The notes under the pieces: generated by a model
Told to the model about the DNA's origin: nothing
Database searches by the model: none
Seen by the model: the letters and a program-made list of their open reading frames with translations, nothing else
Translations under genes and position numbers: made by a program
NCBI GenBank assembly: GCA_964016885.1
Contig: OZ024743.1
Span: forward strand, 1,178,001-1,242,000
Direction: 5' to 3'
Length of the DNA: 64,000 nt
Source: Eledone cirrhosa
Lineage: Eukaryota
Shown here: positions 59,301 through 64,000 of the stretch, piece by piece
Layout of the letters: every line of letters starts with the position of its first letter
Position numbering within the stretch: the first letter of the stretch is position 1

Positions 59301-59824
59301 GCCAGGTCAAATCGACCGATTAACCCTTTGAGGCTATTACACCCCTCTCTATCGGGGCAGGCCCCTACGTAGTCCCAGCGTGCATCTAGGATACCATTCC
59401 AGTCCCCCACTAATAGCAAGGAGCGGGACGTCCCTAGAAAAGTCTCCAGACGATGGAAGAAGTCCGGCCGCATTGACCCGAAAGGGCCGTAGGCGGCTAC
59501 CAACCTAAACGCTCCGCCTTTACCACTGCCAAGGTCCAGAACCACTAGTCGACCCTCCGGGTCCAAATGTACCATCTGTGTTGCGAGACCCAGATGTTTT
59601 TGCAGCAGAACGACAACTCCACCCCCACCTCCAGGCTGACAGAGAGATGCGTGCATCTCAAAGTCATCAAAGGTGGGGGCCAGCTGTCGCACGTTGCTGA
59701 TCCGGGCCTCGCAAATAACCATCACATCTATACGTTGTGACCTGAGGTCATTTAGAAGCATTGCTTGCTTCCAAGTTGAGCCCAGGCCACGCGCATTTAA
59801 ACAGCCTACTCTTAGCATAGCCAT
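56387..59824 (-). CDS. ORF2: APE endonuclease, reverse transcriptase and C-terminal Cys/His finger (1145 aa from the ATG)
   Basis: LNARG, GDWN, SYLD, SDH; KSPGLDG, FRPITLLN, DQSKAFDRV, RQGCPLS, YADD; CPRC..ETVAHALVHC. Confidence 0.96.
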   Translation of the reverse strand: MAMLRVGCLNARGLGSTWKQAMLLNDLRSQRIDVMVICEARISNVRQLAPTFDDFEMHASLCQPGGGGGVVVLLQKHLGLATQMVHLDPEGRLVVLDLGSGKGGAFRLVAAYGPFGSMRPDFFHRLETFLGTSRSLLLVGDWNGILDARWDYVGACPDREGCNSLKGLIGRFDLADRYRLDFPTAPTWTWANRSGSSRSYLDRFLVRIKDKDFLSCPKMRIVGYSDHKLVTCMVNLDRTHRQGPGYWKLNLSLPASRAYRNRISTLVKERLTGAIVNSRWWVSLKREIRVVSIEFSKVLAADRNRKERELIDRVEEAIRSGDVARVLASRTALSQFFDAKHEGCVVRSKIRALGNEGTKAVSWARVTEANSGTKSTIRSLRDLDGRAILEPKQMCEAFQRHFARLFGRGGEPVGNVDFGPYLDGLPRLSDREAKSCEEPISAAEIEDVLSQCGKRKSPGLDGLPYELYLAMPDLFPDLLEAVYCNWQQNGRIPCTVTKGVVTLVRKDENKGDEISNFRPITLLNTELQILAKVLAKRLALVVGNLVGDAQTCAIPSRSIHDNLHLMRYIIERVGNEPGFGGALINLDQSKAFDRVDHGYLDAVLAAAGFGPVFRGWITAMHSSRICSRVKVNGYLSEPFKIARSIRQGCPLSSLLYVLTLEPLLRKLELLQGIPLEPGLRKAVSAYADDVTVMVSTASEIEAVGTLLEEYEKFTGAKLNRDKSIGLQLGTWRGRPMPSDSVVGRWTEGPVKLLGVWFGPDLQVEKNWAEVTNRVFALTQKWASCKLSLKGRAEVANTYIASVIYYRLTVVPCPRETLTKMERALFQFLWKRRAPMVRRSICCQHPSKGGLGMPWLMMRKHALRLRHLYVFLTGQPVWASFVRRTFPRLVSLTELQSWVKQRPRKLGAWHTECAQALTALWQADPVISGDSTATFYRGLVRSRCDDALGEALDMEEDELASLFGRTFSPGPMDNFQKSLAWQCYRGALPVRERLYRHGRPGRDPAKKICPRCVCDEETVAHALVHCSGVADLWGYVEQLLSRVGPIRLTTESIVMIKPPPPFKDEAEAVFLCVIAMAKEVVWWTRLKGLRSGTFLSGQQLVRFFRYHFGRRIRMEREVLHPSRFYERWVKVARMARVNGPSLYIRL

Positions 59825-59848
59825 GTTGGTGGTGAAGAGAAAAGGCAC

Positions 59849-61630
59849 TTACCTCTCTGCGTCCCGGGTATCGGGCTGCACAATTTCCATTAGGGTGGGG
59901 GATGGGTTGTTGGGTGGGGTGGTGGTTTGTGGAAGTGTGGGGGCATCAGTGTGTTGTGTGGTTAGGGAGCTTGGAGTTGTGAGGGTGTTTGGGGAGGGGG
60001 TGGGATAGTTTTTTAGGAGGACTCGGTTAATGGGCCCGACGCAGGGGGGACCCACGTCCTCTTTAAAATTGTTTTTTAAAGTTTTATAGGTGTCCTGTGG
60101 GGCCTTAATCATTTTGAGGTGGGGGAAATCCCCTGCCTGGGTGAAGTTAGGCCCTTGTGTTTTTATTAGATTGTTGTTGTACACAATGTTTAACAGTTTT
60201 TTGTTTCTTGTATTTATGTATGTGTATGCATGTTTTTGTTTTTGTGTGGTGTTTTTTGTTTGCTGTTGTGAGCTCTTTTGTGTTGGTGTCAGTGTTATGT
60301 TTTGGGGAGGGGTTTTTTTCATTTGTGTGTCTGAGGTGTGTTTTCTTTTTTTTCTTTTGATTGTGTGGAAGTGCTCCTCCTCGTCTGACGACGAACTAGG
60401 GTCATCTTCCGCGTTGGAGGGGAGGGGTATATTTTCGGGTTGTGTTTGCGGTACGGGTGGTTTGGAAATTGTTTTTGTTTTTTGAGTGGAGGGGATGGGT
60501 TGGACATTGTTTTGTTTTGGTTTGAGCTGTGGTGGTTGTTTTTGTAGTGGTTGTTGTGGTGATTGTGTTGGTTGTGCAGTTGTTGGTGGTGTAGGCAGGA
60601 TTGGGGTTTTCTTATTAAGTTGGGGACAGACAGCCCTCAGGTGACCTCTGGTTCCGCAGAGGTAACACGAGGGCCGTCTACCCTCAACGGTAATGTTGAT
60701 GAAGGTTAGATCATCCAGTATGACGCGTTCAGGGATCTGGGCGATCCTTTCGGGCCTCATTTGAACTACAAGTTCGAGGCTCGTTCCACTGAACGCGTCA
60801 CCCGATGCCTTTCCCATGGACACCAGCATGTCATCCTCCAGGTCCAGAAAACCTGTCAAAACCCACCATATGTCCATAATCGGCAGGATGGTGTGGATTT
60901 TTATTTTTTGTGTTCTTCTACCCATGTACGTAGGGTAGAAGGTGTATGCGGTGGATGTGATTGGTTTGATGGACAGTTTCACTGCTGTGTCCCTGTCCTT
61001 CATGAGAATGGATAGACTCCCGTAGAGTCTATCCTTCTGAATGAAGGTGATGTCCTTCATGACGTCTTTTAAAACCAGCTCTATCTCGCTCTGTGATGGT
61101 TGAGCTGGTTTTTTACTTTTGTTCGAGATTGTCCTAAACATGACCGTGTTTAGGAGTCTCTGGCTTTTTAGTTCCGGGGGGGAATGGATTGTGAATGAAC
61201 CATTTTCCCCGTACACTATATATTTTTTCGCATCCGCCAGTAGCTCCTTCGCTTTTGTTATATCTACTGGCAGATAGTCGAGGGTTTTCCTTGTCGTCTC
61301 GGCGAAGGAGAAATTTTGTTTGTTTGTGTTGTTGTTGTCGTTGGTGGTGTTGTTGTTATCATTGTTGTTGTTGTCACCGTTATTGGTCTTGTTGTTGTTA
61401 TTGTTATTGTTATTGGTGTTGTTTTCTACCGTCGCATTGTTGTTGTTGTTGCTGTTGGTTCTTTGGGTTGTTGCCATGGTAACGTCAAGTTGTCGGTTAA
61501 CAGGTGGAGAGAATTCTTCCTCTGGCTGACCTATCTTCTTGACCTCTGCTACTGTGACAGTGGCAGGGGGAAGCTGTAAGTTCATCTTCCCCTTTCCTCC
61601 TTCGAATTTTGGTGAAGAAGCTTCGGCCAT
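59849..61630 (-). CDS. ORF1: nucleic-acid-binding protein with a poly-Asn tract and CCHC knuckle (593 aa)
   Basis: CYLCGTRGHLRAVC (CX2CX4HX4C), a basic KRKKRK stretch and a position upstream of ORF2; homologous to the copy at 19530. Confidence 0.92.
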   Translation of the reverse strand: MAEASSPKFEGGKGKMNLQLPPATVTVAEVKKIGQPEEEFSPPVNRQLDVTMATTQRTNSNNNNNATVENNTNNNNNNNNKTNNGDNNNNDNNNTTNDNNNTNKQNFSFAETTRKTLDYLPVDITKAKELLADAKKYIVYGENGSFTIHSPPELKSQRLLNTVMFRTISNKSKKPAQPSQSEIELVLKDVMKDITFIQKDRLYGSLSILMKDRDTAVKLSIKPITSTAYTFYPTYMGRRTQKIKIHTILPIMDIWWVLTGFLDLEDDMLVSMGKASGDAFSGTSLELVVQMRPERIAQIPERVILDDLTFINITVEGRRPSCYLCGTRGHLRAVCPQLNKKTPILPTPPTTAQPTQSPQQPLQKQPPQLKPKQNNVQPIPSTQKTKTISKPPVPQTQPENIPLPSNAEDDPSSSSDEEEHFHTIKRKKRKHTSDTQMKKTPPQNITLTPTQKSSQQQTKNTTQKQKHAYTYINTRNKKLLNIVYNNNLIKTQGPNFTQAGDFPHLKMIKAPQDTYKTLKNNFKEDVGPPCVGPINRVLLKNYPTPSPNTLTTPSSLTTQHTDAPTLPQTTTPPNNPSPTLMEIVQPDTRDAER

Positions 61631-61840
61631 TTAAAAAAATATTGACTTTTCAACAAGAAAAAACTTTTTTTTTTAACTATTTCGCCTAAAGGCGTAGAAT
61701 ATTTTGAGAGACTGACCAGATCAAAGTTTGACCTGGTAGTCCCTCTACAAAATGGTACAAAAATTAAAGTTATCAGACAAGAATTTCTATAGAAATTTAA
61801 ACAGAACTTACTCAGCAAGTTATACGCGTGTGTCCATCCC

Positions 61841-61935
<95 letters not shown>
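61841..61935. repeat. (GATA)n tract, ~24 units
   Basis: Directly visible between two LINE copies. Confidence 0.98.
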
Positions 61936-61936
<1 letters not shown>

Positions 61937-63160
61937 TTCTTTATTAGCCACAAGGGCGCAACAAGAAAGGCGACAATACAAAGACATGCCGGGGATTTTA
62001 CATACAGTCGTGTAAAAAATATAAAAACAAACAATTTCAACAATCGAAATCCCCAATAGGGGGGAGGCGCCACAAATGGGTTGTTTAATACCCCGTCGAT
62101 AGAACAACCCTCAACTCAAGGAGCGTGTTGTGCAAGTGCTCCTTTCTTCCTTTTGCTCTCTTCCTCAACCTACAGGCTTATAAACAGAGAAGGCCCAATC
62201 ACTCGGGCCATTTTCGCTTCATTCACCCACCTTTCAGTAAATTTACTGGGGTGCAGTGCCTCTATCTCCACCCTGATTCTCCTTCTAAAGTGATACTTAA
62301 AGAATGGAATCAATTGTTGTCCGGAGAGAAAGGCATCTGTCCTCAGTCCTCTCAACCTCGTCCACCATATAACTTCTTTCACCATAGCCACCGTACAGAG
62401 GAAAACCGCCTCTCTTTCGTTTTTGAAAGAGTCTGGCGGTTTGATCCTTACTATGGACTCGGCAGTCAACTGTATTTGTCCCATACGCGACAGCAGTTGT
62501 TCTGCATAGTTCCACAGGTCGCTTACGCCCGGGCAGTGTACAATTGCGTGCAGAACTGTTTCAATGTCCTGCGCACATCTTGGACACGTCCTCTTGGAAG
62601 GATCCCTGCCAGGGCGTCCGTGCCTGTAGATCTTGTCACGAACCGGTAGAGCTCCTCGGTAGCACTGCCAGGCCAGGGACCTCTGGAAGTTGTCCATAGG
62701 TCCCGGGCGGAAAGTCCTACCAAACATACTGGTGAGCTCATCGTCTTCGACGCCCAGAGTCTCTCCGAGCACGTCGTCGCCCTTGTAACGTACAATCCCT
62801 CTATAGAATGTCGAAGTGGAGTCTCCACTGATTGCTGCGCCCGCTTGCCAGAGGACTGTGAGCGCCTGAGCGCATTCAATGTGCCAGGCGCCCATCGTTT
62901 TCGGTCTTTTCTTCACCCAGGACTGCAGCTCCGTTAGCGAGACGAGCTGTGGGAAAGCCTGTCTCACAAACGGTGCCCACACCGGTTGGGGGTCGGTGAG
63001 GAATACCTGGAGATGCCGCAGCCTCAGCGCATGTTTGCGCATCATCAGCCACGGCATTCCCAGCCCTCCGTTGGAAGGGTGCTGACAGCAGACGGATCTC
63101 CTCACCAGCGGAGCCTGCTTCTTCCACAGAAACTGGAAGAGCATGCGTTCCATCTTGGCG
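61936..63160 (-). mobile_element. 5'-truncated Tx1-type LINE of a different subfamily
   Basis: The ORF2 C-terminus (AKMERMLFQFLW...GPSLFISL) is open, its 3' UTR is distinct, and (GATA)n lies on both sides. Confidence 0.93.
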
Positions 63161-63201
<41 letters not shown>

Positions 63202-64000
63202 TGTTTCTTTTATTTGCCACCAGGGCATCAAAAGTGGGACAAGTACAATGGGGGAGTTTACAAAACAAGGCGTCCTCAATAAGGAGGAGGCAATAACAAT
63301 ATATAAAAATAAAATAAAATATAACAAAAAATAAAATTTATAACAAAGTCCTCAATAGAGAGGAGGCGCCTTGGGGGGTCGCACACACCCCCGAAAAAAG
63401 TGTGCAACCCTTCTCCTCAGGAGCACAGAGAAGGGGTGCTCCCTTGGTCTTTCATCTTCCTCACCTATAGTCTGATCTAGAGTGAAGGCCCATTCACACG
63501 GGCCATTCTCGCCACTTTCACCCATCTTTCATAGAAACGGCTGGGGTGCAGCACCTCTCTCTCCATCCTGATCCTTCTTCTGAAATGATATCGGAAGAAA
63601 CGGACCAGTTGTTGGCCAGAGAGAAAGGTGTCTGACCTCAGTCCTTTCAGACGCGTCCACCATACAACCTCTTTCGCCATGGCTATTACGCACAGAAACA
63701 CCGAGGGCGTCGTCGCACCTGCTAACCACTAGCTCTCTATAGAATGACGAGGTGGATTCTCCACTGACAGCCGGGTCCGCCTGCCAGAGAGCCGTGAGCG
63801 CCTGGGCACACACGGTGTGCCAGGCGCCCAGTTTTCTCGGTCTTTGCTTGACCCAGGATTGCAGCTCGGTGAGTGAGACGAGTCTGGGAAAGGCTCGCCT
63901 CACAAACAGGGCCCACACCGGTTGACCGGAGAGGAATACCTGAAGGTGCCGTAGCCTTAATGCGTGTTTACGTATCATCAGCCACGGCATCCCCAGCCCT
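63202..64000 (-). mobile_element. Tx1-type LINE 3' part with an internal deletion, running off the window
   Basis: The 3' UTR is nearly identical to 56124-56386. The junction at ~63702 skips the equivalent of 56626-56984. Confidence 0.93.

Larger units (their letters stand above)
56124..61840 (-). mobile_element. Full-length Tx1/L1-clade LINE, both ORFs open
   Basis: ~210-bp 5' UTR, ORF1, ORF2 and ~260-bp 3' UTR ending AATAAAAGAAA. (GATA)n lies on both sides. Confidence 0.96.

Noticed and set aside
59824-59851. Conserved stop-codon read-through fusing ORF1 and ORF2
   Set aside because: In frame only in this copy; the spacer in the other copy is 43 nt.
62170-63327. 385-aa ORF with a hydrophobic N-terminus as a novel fusion protein
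   Set aside because: It is chance read-through from the upstream copy's 3' UTR across (TATC)n into the truncated ORF2, with a non-ATG start.

Overview
This is eukaryotic, AT-rich, microsatellite-dense DNA, intronic or intergenic. The repeat style (tRNA-headed SINEs, long (TA)n/(CA)n/(CATA)n tracts) suggests a cephalopod such as octopus, but that is inference. No host gene is confidently visible, and most short ORFs in the track are microsatellite artefacts. Protein-coding content is retrotransposon-derived. There are four Tx1/L1-clade LINEs: one with intact ORF1 and ORF2 at 56.1-61.8 kb and three defective, all abutting (TATC)n/(GATA)n tracts. There is also a 5'-truncated Penelope-like element (RT plus GIY-YIG) with an inverted terminal repeat, CRE-like and R4-like restriction-like-endonuclease LINE fragments, Helitron-type elements (one nested) and a hAT-type MITE. 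The most striking hidden layer is a dense set of type I hammerhead ribozyme motifs, read by eye, from about ten sequence families. They sit in fold-back or tandem mini-elements inserted in (TA)n, including 420-bp and about 320-bp retrozyme-like units and recurrent core variants (U3:A8, U4C, U4A). All folds are manual and none has been tested.
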